The notes beneath the pieces were generated by a model. The model worked only from the letters and a program-made list of their open reading frames with translations, was not told where the DNA came from and made no database searches. The translations under genes and the position numbers were made by a program. Below, in pieces: positions 9,063 to 17,434 of a stretch of DNA of 33,365 bases (within the stretch, counting starts at the first letter, position 1; each line of letters opens with the position of its first letter). The stretch comes from Nitrospiria bacterium (lineage in GTDB: Bacteria; Nitrospirota; Nitrospiria; SBBL01; JAADHI01): positions 1 to 33,365 of the forward strand of contig JBHHXB010000001.1 of NCBI GenBank assembly GCA_046756825.1, in the 5' to 3' direction.

Positions 9063-9740
9063 CTAGAAGCTCTGATCCACCGTCGCGGGCAAACCCGTAT
9101 CAAACACGATGCTTGAGCTGAATCCCGGGGTTGTTGGATCTGTCACAAGCTGATCGATATGAGTGTTGAATCCGCCCGTACCGTCGGGAGTCAGGGTCAA
9201 GTCATTCCGAGTCAAACCCTGACCGGGATCTGTAATGCTTTGGGTGATATTGATATTGGTACCGACCATATCTTCCTGCCCCGGGCCGGTCCCCTTGTTA
9301 ATGATATTCAGATTATCCATCCGGACCAATATGTCCACCGACGGAACAGGCGGGGTGGTCGCCGTACCGCCGTCCGTGGCTGCTTTCAGGCTTTGCTTAA
9401 AGGTGATGTTGTTCGTGGACGTCGTTGTCGTCGCGCCTGTCACGGCACCACCCGGGGTAAAAGTCTCCTGAATAAATTCAGAACCCGTGGAGCCGTCCGG
9501 TTTGCTGCGGATAATCATGTGATTCAAAAGCTGCCCGCCAATCGTCACCTGCTCCTGAAAGAAGACATTATCTCCAATGGCTTCAAACAAACGATTCGTT
9601 CCGCCCGCCAAACCGCAGGCCGCCTGACTGGCGCAGGTCCCGTCGTTAAAGCTGGTTGTCGTCTGCGCTTCCACCATGCCCGCCGAAAACAGGATTCCCA
9701 AGGTCATCAACCCCAGGATTGTATTTTTTAATTTCATCAT
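9063..9740 (-). CDS. Secreted Thr/Gly/Gln-rich protein, unknown family (paralogue B)
   Basis: Lies in ORF 9063..9758. ATG 9740 is preceded by AAGGAGGT. Signal peptide MMKLKNTILGLMTLGILFSAGMVEA/QTT. Shares the blocks FFQEQVTIGG, FIQETF, ITFKQSL and VDIL with the upstream gene. Ends ..VDQSF. Confidence 0.75.
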   Translation of the reverse strand: MMKLKNTILGLMTLGILFSAGMVEAQTTTSFNDGTCASQAACGLAGGTNRLFEAIGDNVFFQEQVTIGGQLLNHMIIRSKPDGSTGSEFIQETFTPGGAVTGATTTTSTNNITFKQSLKAATDGGTATTPPVPSVDILVRMDNLNIINKGTGPGQEDMVGTNINITQSITDPGQGLTRNDLTLTPDGTGGFNTHIDQLVTDPTTPGFSSSIVFDTGLPATVDQSF

Positions 9741-9782
9741 TCCTACCTCCTTAGTCAATGCATTTTCCCTTAAAGTATTCGT

Positions 9783-10520
9783 CTATCTAACTTGAACGAT
9801 GGTCGGCGATCCACCTGTCGTAAAGTCCATGTTCTGGCTAAAGACAGTGGCTCCCAGCGCATCGGTCACCTTCACTTCCTGGGAAATGGTGGTACAAAAT
9901 GGCGACGTAGTCCCGCAAGAGGGGTCTGTTGCCTCCTGCCCCTTCACCACAAAATTAGGGAGAATGTCAACATTCGTGAAGCTCAAGCCTCCGGCCTGTC
10001 CCGCGACAGCGGCCCCTCCGTCCACCTGCTGGTGGATATGAATATCCTGTCCGGGGTCAAGACTGGAGGTCGTCGAAAAACCCGGCCCTGTCAAGGACTG
10101 CCGAAAGGCGATGCTGGTCTGACTCGGCGGCGGCGTCACGGGCGAAGTGGTATTGTTTTGCGTTGTTGGACTTCTTTGGCTTCCCATCAAAACAAAACTT
10201 TCCTGAATAAACGAAGTCCCGATCTGAGAGGCTTCCAAAACGGAGTGAATTGCAAGTTGAGGCGGCGCGGCGGCCCCGCCAATCGTCACATTCACAAATT
10301 CCTGCACAAAGAAACTCCCGCTGCCCATTACGCCCTCTGTCGTCACCAACTGCCCGGAAAGGGGAACGCCGCTTCCGCCGACACCCGAGTGAACAAAGGG
10401 AAACGGCGAGGGGTTATCAGTGAAGGTTGGGGCACCGACTTGCGCTTCGGCCTGTCCAACACCCGAAGTGATCAGCATGCCGATGACTAATAGGAGCAAC
10501 CCTCCTTTTCTTAAAATCAT
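9783..10520 (-). CDS. Secreted Thr/Gly/Ser/Pro-rich protein, unknown family (paralogue A)
   Basis: Lies in ORF 9783..10595. ATG 10520 is preceded by TAAGGAGGAATGGT. Signal peptide MILRKGGLLLLVIGMLITSGVGQAEA/QV. Carries the blocks FFVQEFVNVTIGG, FIQESF, IAFRQSL and VDIL. Confidence 0.75.
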   Translation of the reverse strand: MILRKGGLLLLVIGMLITSGVGQAEAQVGAPTFTDNPSPFPFVHSGVGGSGVPLSGQLVTTEGVMGSGSFFVQEFVNVTIGGAAAPPQLAIHSVLEASQIGTSFIQESFVLMGSQRSPTTQNNTTSPVTPPPSQTSIAFRQSLTGPGFSTTSSLDPGQDIHIHQQVDGGAAVAGQAGGLSFTNVDILPNFVVKGQEATDPSCGTTSPFCTTISQEVKVTDALGATVFSQNMDFTTGGSPTIVQVR

Positions 10521-10657
10521 ACCATTCCTCCTTACATTAAATAACCAGAAAACCTGCTGGGTTCTGTTAAAAATATATTTAATACAAAAATCCATTCAGT
10601 AAACGGCGAATCTCGCACCCCCTGGCATCATTCAACCCATAAGGGCAATGTAGGGGC

Positions 10658-10686
10658 CTTATAAACGAAAACATAACTTCTGTCAA
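10658..10686 (-). promoter_or_regulatory. Sigma70-type promoter for the secreted-paralogue genes
   Basis: Minus strand reads TTGACA (10686-10681), a 17-nt spacer, then TATAAG (10663-10658). The predicted 5' UTR is ~130 nt to ATG 10520. Confidence 0.5.
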
Positions 10687-10829
10687 GCCGGAAGTCCTAA
10701 CAATCGCTTCGATTGATGCTTCCAATCACTCAAGAGACAACGAGGCTCACGCTTAAAACGAGGAGGTTTATCCTTTCCATTTCTGTTTTTGGGGAAAAAT
10801 CACCCGCTTATAGTCTTTTCATGAATCGT

Positions 10830-11768
10830 CTAGCTTTTTGGTCGTTCGTCAAACAGGCCGGAGAGAAAGGCTTCGGGCGTAAAGGGGATGAGGTCTTCGG
10901 TGCCTTCTCCGACACCGACATACAGAACGGGAACTGAAAGGGATTCGACGATGGGAATCACGATGCCGCCTTTGCCGCTGCCGTCCAGTTTGGTGAGGAT
11001 GATACCTGTCAGTCCCACAGCCTTTTGGAAATGCTCGGCCTGGGAGAGCGCGTTTTGGCCCGTCGTGGCGTCCAGCACGAGGATTTTTTGGTGCGGGGCC
11101 TCCGGAATCTGCTTTGAAATAACGCGGGTCATTTTCTTCAATTCTTCCATCAGGTTGTGCTTGGTTTGCAAACGGCCCGCCGTGTCGATCAAAACGTGGT
11201 CCGCCCGGCGCGCCAGGCCCGCGCTGACGGCGTCATAGGCGACCGCGGAAGGGTCGGCTTCCCCATGATGGCGAATCACGTCCACCCCGACGCGCTCCCC
11301 CCAGATGGCCAGTTGATTGGCCGCACCCGCCCGAAAGGTGTCCGCCGCCGCCAATAACACCTTCTTTCCTTCGGATGTGAGCTGTGATGCGATTTTCCCG
11401 ATCGAGGTGGTTTTGCCGACCCCATTCACCCCGACAAAAAGGGTGACAGTCGGAATAACAGGAGAGGCGGCGAGGCCCTGCCCCGTCGCAACCTTGGCCA
11501 GGATTGCTGAAAGCGACGCGCGAAGTTTTTCTTTCAACGCGGACACGTCCGTCACTTCTTTTCGATCCACGGATGCCTTTAGATCGTCAATTAAATCCTG
11601 GGTCACCGCCACGCCAAGATCCGCGCCAATCAGAAATGCCTCCAGGGCATCAAGCATACCGTCGTCGATCTGTGTTTTTCGGTGGAAAATTCCATCGAAC
11701 CCCGAGGCAAAATAGGCCCGTGTTTTCGAGAGCGCAGCCCCTGTTTTTTTGAAAAATCCACTACTCAT
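10830..11768 (-). CDS. ftsY: Signal recognition particle receptor FtsY
   Basis: 312 aa. NG domain with GVNGVGKTTSIGK (P-loop), DTAGR and TKLDG motifs. The start overlaps the ybeY stop (ATGA). Confidence 0.95.
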   Translation of the reverse strand: MSSGFFKKTGAALSKTRAYFASGFDGIFHRKTQIDDGMLDALEAFLIGADLGVAVTQDLIDDLKASVDRKEVTDVSALKEKLRASLSAILAKVATGQGLAASPVIPTVTLFVGVNGVGKTTSIGKIASQLTSEGKKVLLAAADTFRAGAANQLAIWGERVGVDVIRHHGEADPSAVAYDAVSAGLARRADHVLIDTAGRLQTKHNLMEELKKMTRVISKQIPEAPHQKILVLDATTGQNALSQAEHFQKAVGLTGIILTKLDGSGKGGIVIPIVESLSVPVLYVGVGEGTEDLIPFTPEAFLSGLFDERPKS

Positions 11769-12211
11769 ACCGACGGGCTCCCGATTCTTTTTAAAATAAA
11801 GCGTTCCCGGCGGGTCATTTTTCTTTCCTCCGCCTCCGAGCGTTCGTGATCGTATCCTAAAAGATGCAGGATGCCGTGAATGAGCAGAATCAACAACTGC
11901 CCGGATCGGTCCCGCCCATACCGCAGCGCGTCTGATTCCGCCATCTCAAGCGAGATCATCACATCACCCAAGAAAGCGGGATGCAGATCACCCCCGATGC
12001 CCTCACGCATCGGAAACGACAGCACATCGGTCGGCCGATCGATTTGACGATAGTCCCGGTTGTAGACCCGAATCCGGCGATTGTTCACGAAAACGACCGT
12101 GACTTCGCCATTCTCCATTTTCTGCAGCAATAAAACCTGCCGAACCCAATGATGAACCTGCGCTTGATCGACGGGGTATTTTCGCTGCCGGTTTAATATC
12201 GAAATCCGCAT
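11765..12211 (-). CDS. ybeY: Endoribonuclease YbeY (rRNA maturation)
   Basis: 148 aa with HGILHLLGYDH zinc-binding motif. Confidence 0.95.
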   Translation of the reverse strand: MRISILNRQRKYPVDQAQVHHWVRQVLLLQKMENGEVTVVFVNNRRIRVYNRDYRQIDRPTDVLSFPMREGIGGDLHPAFLGDVMISLEMAESDALRYGRDRSGQLLILLIHGILHLLGYDHERSEAEERKMTRRERFILKRIGSPSV

Positions 12212-12219
12212 GGGAGACG

Positions 12220-13227
12220 TTATTGGGAAGAGAAGCTTGTTTTATCGCCGCGATTTTTTTCCTGATAGCGTTCATAGGCCGAGATAATCTCCTTCACCAG
12301 AGGATGTCGAACTACGTCCTTTCCGGTGAAATAGGTAAATTGAACGCTACGCACCTCCTCCAAGACCTTTTGAATTTCAACCAGGCCGGAGATTTCTCCT
12401 TTGGGCAAGTCAATTTGCGTCACATCCCCCGTGATGACGGCCTTAGAACGGAAACCCAAACGCGTTAAAAACATTTTCATCTGCATCGACGTCGTGTTTT
12501 GCGCTTCATCCAAAATGATAAAGGCATCATTTAAGGTGCGTCCCCGCATGAAGGCCAGGGGCGCGATTTCAATCTCTCCCCGCTCCAGCAGCCGGTTGAC
12601 GTGGTCGGCTTCCATCATGTCATACAGGGCATCGTAGAGCGGGCGCAGATAGGGATTCACCTTTTCAACGAGCGTGCCCGGCAGAAAACCGAGACTTTCG
12701 CCCGCCTCGACGGCGGGCCGAACCAGGACAATACGCTCCACTTCTTTTTTTAAAAAGGCCGAAACCGCCATCGCCATCGCAAGATAGGTCTTGCCGGTTC
12801 CCGCAGGCCCGATGCCCGCGACCACGTCGTATTCCCGAATATGGTCGATGTAACGTCTCTGCGCGACAGATTTGGGGCCGATGGCGCGTTTTTTCTGAGA
12901 GACGATAATCCGCTCTGCCTTGGCATCGTTCAGAGCCGAGGGCGCATCGCCATTGTCTTCGGAAAGGATGTCCTGGATGACCTGATTCACTTCTTCCGTG
13001 GTGAGGTGGTGTTCATTTCTGGCAAGCCGCATCAGCTGGGTAATGGCTTGCTCGGCTTGCTCGACCTGATCCAGGACCCCGGTGGCGCGAATTTCCTGAC
13101 CTCTCGCCGTGATCTCGACGGAAAAGGCATCCTCAATCATCTTGATGTGTTGATCGTAACTTCCAAAGAGCGCCAGCTTGTTGGTCTCGGCGTGTATGGT
13201 GATTTTTTTTAAAAAGGGTCGATTCAA
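12220..13227 (-). CDS. phoH: PhoH-like ATPase (PhoH/YbeZ)
   Basis: 335 aa with Walker A GPAGTGKTYLAMA and ILDEAQN (Walker B). It occupies the usual position upstream of ybeY. The start appears to be TTG. Confidence 0.9.
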   Translation of the reverse strand: MNRPFLKKITIHAETNKLALFGSYDQHIKMIEDAFSVEITARGQEIRATGVLDQVEQAEQAITQLMRLARNEHHLTTEEVNQVIQDILSEDNGDAPSALNDAKAERIIVSQKKRAIGPKSVAQRRYIDHIREYDVVAGIGPAGTGKTYLAMAMAVSAFLKKEVERIVLVRPAVEAGESLGFLPGTLVEKVNPYLRPLYDALYDMMEADHVNRLLERGEIEIAPLAFMRGRTLNDAFIILDEAQNTTSMQMKMFLTRLGFRSKAVITGDVTQIDLPKGEISGLVEIQKVLEEVRSVQFTYFTGKDVVRHPLVKEIISAYERYQEKNRGDKTSFSSQ

Positions 13228-13251
13228 AGACTTATTTTTGTGTGGGCGATC

Positions 13252-14301
13252 CTACGATGATGACGGATGATTCGCGGTTTCCAGGGGCGGCTCGCCACCT
13301 GTTTCAGTATAAAGGATCGTCTGCTTCGTGCCCGTCACCCAGCCGACGTTCTGATCGGAGAAGTGAACACCCGTCAAAAACTGCAGGGTTCCCGTGGTCT
13401 GCTGTACCCAGGTTTCTCCACCGTCCTTGGTTTGCAATACCGTTCCGCCCGCGCCAACCACCCAGCCATGATTTTCATCCACAAAGGAAACATCGAGCAA
13501 GAGGGAATTGAGTTCGCTTTTTTGAGCCGCCCAGGTTTTTCCACCGTCCGTCGTTTTTAAAATCAAGCCCGCGCTCCCGACAATCCACCCGATATCCCGG
13601 TTCACGAAAAAAATACGCAGCAGGTCGATTGTCGTGCCCGTTTGCCGGATCGACCAGTTTTTCCCACCGTTTTCAGTATAAAGCAGGTTTCCTTTATGCG
13701 CGGTAATCCAGCCGTGATCGGGGTCGGTAAACAGGGCATAATTCATGGTCAGCCGCGATTCGCCCTTCGCCTTCAACCAGGTCCGGCCACCGTCATCGGT
13801 TGAAAGCAGGTTGCCCTTGATGCCGGTCACCCAGCCCCGCTTTTCATCAATAAAAAAAACCGAGGTCAGATCTTTTTTCACCCCGCTGGGCTGCGGATTC
13901 CAGGTATGGCCCCCGTCCGCCGTATGCGCAATCAAGCCCCGGTCCCCAACCACCCAGCCGAGCCGCTCGTTCAGAAAAAAAATCGACACAATCGGGACCT
14001 TTGTTCCGATTTCCTGCTGTACCCACTCCTTGCCGCCGTTTTCCGTGTGGAGAATCACTCCTTTGTCACCCGTTACCCAGCCCTTTTTGTCATTCAGAAA
14101 AAACAGGCCGCCGAGAGAAGTATCCACGGGAACCGTCTGGACATCCCAACCCGTTGAAATTTCAGAGCGGTCAGGCATCTCGGGGGCCCTTGGGCATCCC
14201 AGGATCAGCAGGCTCAAAAAAATTAAAAGTGGCGCACGCAGGCCAACCCCTCTGTGATTTGATATTTTCACTGTTCTCCCGCAATCCACATTCAGCCTCA
14301 T
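13252..14301 (-). CDS. BNR/Asp-box beta-propeller lipoprotein, Ycf48-like
   Basis: 349 aa with lipobox LLILGC. Repeated Asp-box-like units: TENGGKEW, TADGGHTW, TDDGGRTW, TENGGKNW, TTDGGKTW, TKDGGETW, each followed by G-W-hydrophobic-hydrophobic-G. ATGA overlap with the upstream gene. Confidence 0.75.
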   Translation of the reverse strand: MRLNVDCGRTVKISNHRGVGLRAPLLIFLSLLILGCPRAPEMPDRSEISTGWDVQTVPVDTSLGGLFFLNDKKGWVTGDKGVILHTENGGKEWVQQEIGTKVPIVSIFFLNERLGWVVGDRGLIAHTADGGHTWNPQPSGVKKDLTSVFFIDEKRGWVTGIKGNLLSTDDGGRTWLKAKGESRLTMNYALFTDPDHGWITAHKGNLLYTENGGKNWSIRQTGTTIDLLRIFFVNRDIGWIVGSAGLILKTTDGGKTWAAQKSELNSLLLDVSFVDENHGWVVGAGGTVLQTKDGGETWVQQTTGTLQFLTGVHFSDQNVGWVTGTKQTILYTETGGEPPLETANHPSSS

Positions 14302-15281
14302 TTGACTTTCAAAAGCATCCAGTCTTCTTCCTGGTTTTCATTTTTAAAAAGCCCCTTCATTGTGCCGGCGAACAGGGTCTTTTTTTTCAGGGGATGGGAG
14401 ACCACCGTCAATACGGAGGAGGGCGATTTTGAAAGCAGACGCCACGAATCTCCGCCGTCCGTGCTCTGATAAACACCGTCGCTGTTCCCCGCATAAACGA
14501 TATTTGAATCTTCCCGGTCCACGGCAATGGATGAAATAAAGGTAGTCTTAAAACCTTCGTTTCGCGCTTCCCAGTGGCCGCCCCCATCGACTGATTTAAA
14601 CACGCCTTTTCCCGTGCCTGCGTACACTGTATCGGGATGAACAGGGTCAAACTGGACGGTGTTGACCGCCCAGCCCTTGGTTTCCCGCGAGGCCATCCGC
14701 CATTGCCTCGCGGAGTTACTGGTCATATAAACACCGTCATTGGTCCCCGCCATAATGATCTCCCGGTTACGGGGATGGAAGGTCAGCGAAATGACAAAGC
14801 GGTTGCCCATGCCCATGTTCACATCGGTCCATGAACTCCCGCCGTCGATCGTCAGATAAACACCGTGATTTGTCCCGGCGTACACACGCTTTGACTCGAC
14901 GGGGTCCACGATCACCGCGTTCACCGCCTGCGTCCCCACATTGTCATCCAGCCCATGGCTGACCACATTCCAATGCCCCCCGCTGTCAATACTCCGGTAG
15001 ACGCTGTCGCCGTACGTCCCGGCATAAATCACGGAAGACAGGGAGGGATTCACCGCGATCGAGGCAATATTATAGCTCGTCAAGCCCTTATTCATTTCGC
15101 TGAACGTCGCGCCCCCGTCCTCACTTTTATAAAACCCTCCGCCCGAAGTCCCGACGTAAACGATTTCGGATTTGTGATAGCTAAACCCGATCGAAAAAAC
15201 ATTCGCCCGCCGTTCGCAACCCGTGAAGACGAAAAAAATAAGGACAGGGATGATTTTAAACCGAGGGTAAAATCGCGTCAT
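14298..15281 (-). CDS. BNR/Asp-box beta-propeller lipoprotein
   Basis: Lies in ORF 14298..15335. ATG 15281 gives MTRFYPRFKIIPVLIFFVFTGC (lipobox); ATG 15308 and 15335 are alternative starts. Asp-box units: SEDGGATF, SIDSGGHW, TIDGGSSW, SVDGGGHW, STDGGDSW. Confidence 0.7.
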   Translation of the reverse strand: MTRFYPRFKIIPVLIFFVFTGCERRANVFSIGFSYHKSEIVYVGTSGGGFYKSEDGGATFSEMNKGLTSYNIASIAVNPSLSSVIYAGTYGDSVYRSIDSGGHWNVVSHGLDDNVGTQAVNAVIVDPVESKRVYAGTNHGVYLTIDGGSSWTDVNMGMGNRFVISLTFHPRNREIIMAGTNDGVYMTSNSARQWRMASRETKGWAVNTVQFDPVHPDTVYAGTGKGVFKSVDGGGHWEARNEGFKTTFISSIAVDREDSNIVYAGNSDGVYQSTDGGDSWRLLSKSPSSVLTVVSHPLKKKTLFAGTMKGLFKNENQEEDWMLLKVK

Positions 15282-15427
15282 TTCAGCCCTAAAAAATATC
15301 GTGGGCATCGTACCATATCTTTTTCGCAGAGACAATCAAACCGCAGCCCCTCCCGCTCATTCGAGCCGCCTGATGACCTTTTGCGCCGCGGAATATCACG
15401 GCCTGACAAACCGCCTCGTGATCCTCC

Positions 15428-17383
15428 ATGCCAAGCCCCTTCATTGACATTGATATTAAAGGAAAGTTAGAATATTTGATTGCAAATGAGGCTCTCGTGA
15501 CAACATTAACCCAATCCCAAAAAAAATCAGGCAGCCATCCCCGGCTTGGCGAGTTTCTGTCCCAAAAAGGGCACCTCTCCGAACGGCAAATTAACTGGGC
15601 GCTTGAAGAGCAGAAAAAAACCGGGAAGCGGCTTGGCGAAATCCTGAGCACGCTTAAAATCGTCTCCGAGGACCTGGTCGCGCAGTCCCTGGGGGCCATC
15701 CATGATATTCCCTACGTCACGCCGCACACACTGACCATCGAATCCGATCTCTTTTTGATGATTCCCGAATGGCTTGCCCGCCGTCACCTCGCCGTGCCGA
15801 TCCGGATTCACGAACGGGAGTTTGTCATCGCAATGACCGACCCTTTGAATTACGAAACCTTGAACGACCTTCGGTTTTATGCGGGCATGGCCATCAGCCC
15901 CGTCATCGCCACGCGCAAAAACATACTGGAGACCATCGAACAGAACTATCATTTTGACACTTCTTCTGTCGAAAAAATCGTTCAGGCCTCCGCCAAAGAT
16001 TTTGAAGAAGGCACCCTGCAAGTCATTCCAGACATCGCGGAAGCCAACCTGCTGCATACCGATACCCGTGCACTCGAGGAAAAAAGTCAACTGGGGCCCG
16101 TCGTGCAGCTCACCAATGTCATTGTCGGAAAGGCCATTAAATTGCGGGCCAGCGACATCCATATCGAGCCGGGACAAAAGGATTTTCGCGTGCGCTATCG
16201 CATTGACGGGCTGCTCAAAGAAGAGATGCGGCTCCCCAAATGGGTGCAAAGCCCGCTGGTGTCCCGGATCAAAATTCTCGCCACGCTGGATATCTCGGAG
16301 CGGCGGCTTCCGCAGGACGGCGCCGTTCGTGTCATGGCGGAAGGACGGGCGGTGGATCTTCGTGTGTCCACTCTGCCGACTACCCACGGGGAAAAGGTCG
16401 TGCTGAGAATCCTGGATCAATCGAAGGTCCTGATCGACATCGATCAGGTCGGCCTGCAGGATAAAGACGCCGAAATCGTCCGAAAAATGATCCGAAAACA
16501 GAAAGGGATGATCCTGGTGACAGGCCCCACCGGCAGCGGGAAAACGACGACGCTTTACGCCCTTATTCAGGAGCTCAAGTCGGTCACCAATAATTTAACA
16601 ACCGTCGAAGACCCGGTGGAGTATACGATCGACGGCATCAACCAGATTCAGATCAATAATGAAGTCGGGCTCACATTTTCCAGTTGTCTTCGCTCCATTC
16701 TCCGTCAAGATCCCAATATTATCTTCGTCGGGGAAATCCGAGATAAAGAGACCGCGGAAATCGCCTTTCGGGCCGCGATGACGGGGCACCTGGTTCTTTC
16801 GACGCTTCACACCAATGACGCTCCCTCCACCATTACACGTCTGGTGGATATCGGCATCCCGCCCTACTTGATTTCCTCCAGTCTCGTCGGCGTTATTGCG
16901 CAGCGTCTCGTGCGGAAACGCTGCACACGCTGCAAGGAGCTCATTGGGGAGGAGGATACCGAACCCGACCGCCGCAGAACAGGCTGTTCCCTGTGTAATC
17001 ACACGGGTTTCAGTGGCAGAGTCGGGGTCTTCGAAGTCATGCCCATCACCCCGAAAACCCGTGAACTGATTTCGTCGGGGGCCACCGATGAGGAAATCCG
17101 CGCCGCGAGCACCTCTGTGGGCATGACGACGATGGAGGAGGACGCACTCGTAAAAGCCAGGGCGGGGATGACAACACTGGAAGAGGTGGCGCGCGTGGTC
17201 GAGAAGGAAGAAGTCTTCAAAAGCACCTGTCCGACCTGCCAGCGATCCATCCGCATTGATTTCCTGATCTGCCCCTATTGCGCGGAGGACTCCCCCTATG
17301 TCTGCAATGCCTGCGGGAAACTGCTTCAGCCGGACTGGACGGCCTGTCCCTACTGTCGGCATGAAATTTCACAACATACCTGA
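15428..17383 (+). CDS. GspE/PilB-family secretion ATPase with T2SSE_N-like N-domain and C-terminal tandem zinc ribbons
   Basis: 651 aa. N-terminal GEFLSQKGHLSERQINWALEEQKKTGKRLGEIL matches T2SSE_N/MshEN type. Also Walker A GPTGSGKTT, VGEIRD, the His box LSTLHTNDA and the family tetra-Cys CTRC...CSLC. An extra ~53-aa tail carries two C-x2-C-x10-C-x2-C units. Confidence 0.9.
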   Translation: MPSPFIDIDIKGKLEYLIANEALVTTLTQSQKKSGSHPRLGEFLSQKGHLSERQINWALEEQKKTGKRLGEILSTLKIVSEDLVAQSLGAIHDIPYVTPHTLTIESDLFLMIPEWLARRHLAVPIRIHEREFVIAMTDPLNYETLNDLRFYAGMAISPVIATRKNILETIEQNYHFDTSSVEKIVQASAKDFEEGTLQVIPDIAEANLLHTDTRALEEKSQLGPVVQLTNVIVGKAIKLRASDIHIEPGQKDFRVRYRIDGLLKEEMRLPKWVQSPLVSRIKILATLDISERRLPQDGAVRVMAEGRAVDLRVSTLPTTHGEKVVLRILDQSKVLIDIDQVGLQDKDAEIVRKMIRKQKGMILVTGPTGSGKTTTLYALIQELKSVTNNLTTVEDPVEYTIDGINQIQINNEVGLTFSSCLRSILRQDPNIIFVGEIRDKETAEIAFRAAMTGHLVLSTLHTNDAPSTITRLVDIGIPPYLISSSLVGVIAQRLVRKRCTRCKELIGEEDTEPDRRRTGCSLCNHTGFSGRVGVFEVMPITPKTRELISSGATDEEIRAASTSVGMTTMEEDALVKARAGMTTLEEVARVVEKEEVFKSTCPTCQRSIRIDFLICPYCAEDSPYVCNACGKLLQPDWTACPYCRHEISQHT

Positions 17384-17434
17384 CGATGGCGAGCCACTGT
17401 TTGTTCGCCACACACCACGATTGAAAGCCGACGC

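Noticed and set aside
9159-10490. Plus-strand ORFs 9159..9731 and 9792..10490 opposite the secreted paralogues
   Set aside because: The minus-strand frames have SD sites, signal peptides and mutual homology. The plus-strand frames are Arg-rich shadows.
15527-17362. Long minus-strand ORFs (297 aa at 15527..16420; 255 aa at 16595..17362) inside the GspE-family gene
   Set aside because: They are antisense shadows of a clearly genuine ATPase gene. The products are Arg/Gly/Pro-rich, have no motifs and lack SD sites. Such shadows are expected in GC-rich coding DNA.
15428-17383. Interpreting the ATPase as evidence of a type IV pilus or type II secretion locus here
   Set aside because: No pilin, platform, secretin or alignment-complex genes flank it. 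The neighbours are BNR lipoproteins and queD.
17384-17434. Possible preQ1 riboswitch upstream of queD
   Set aside because: The spacer is 51 nt and lacks the conserved preQ1-I loop and A-rich tail.
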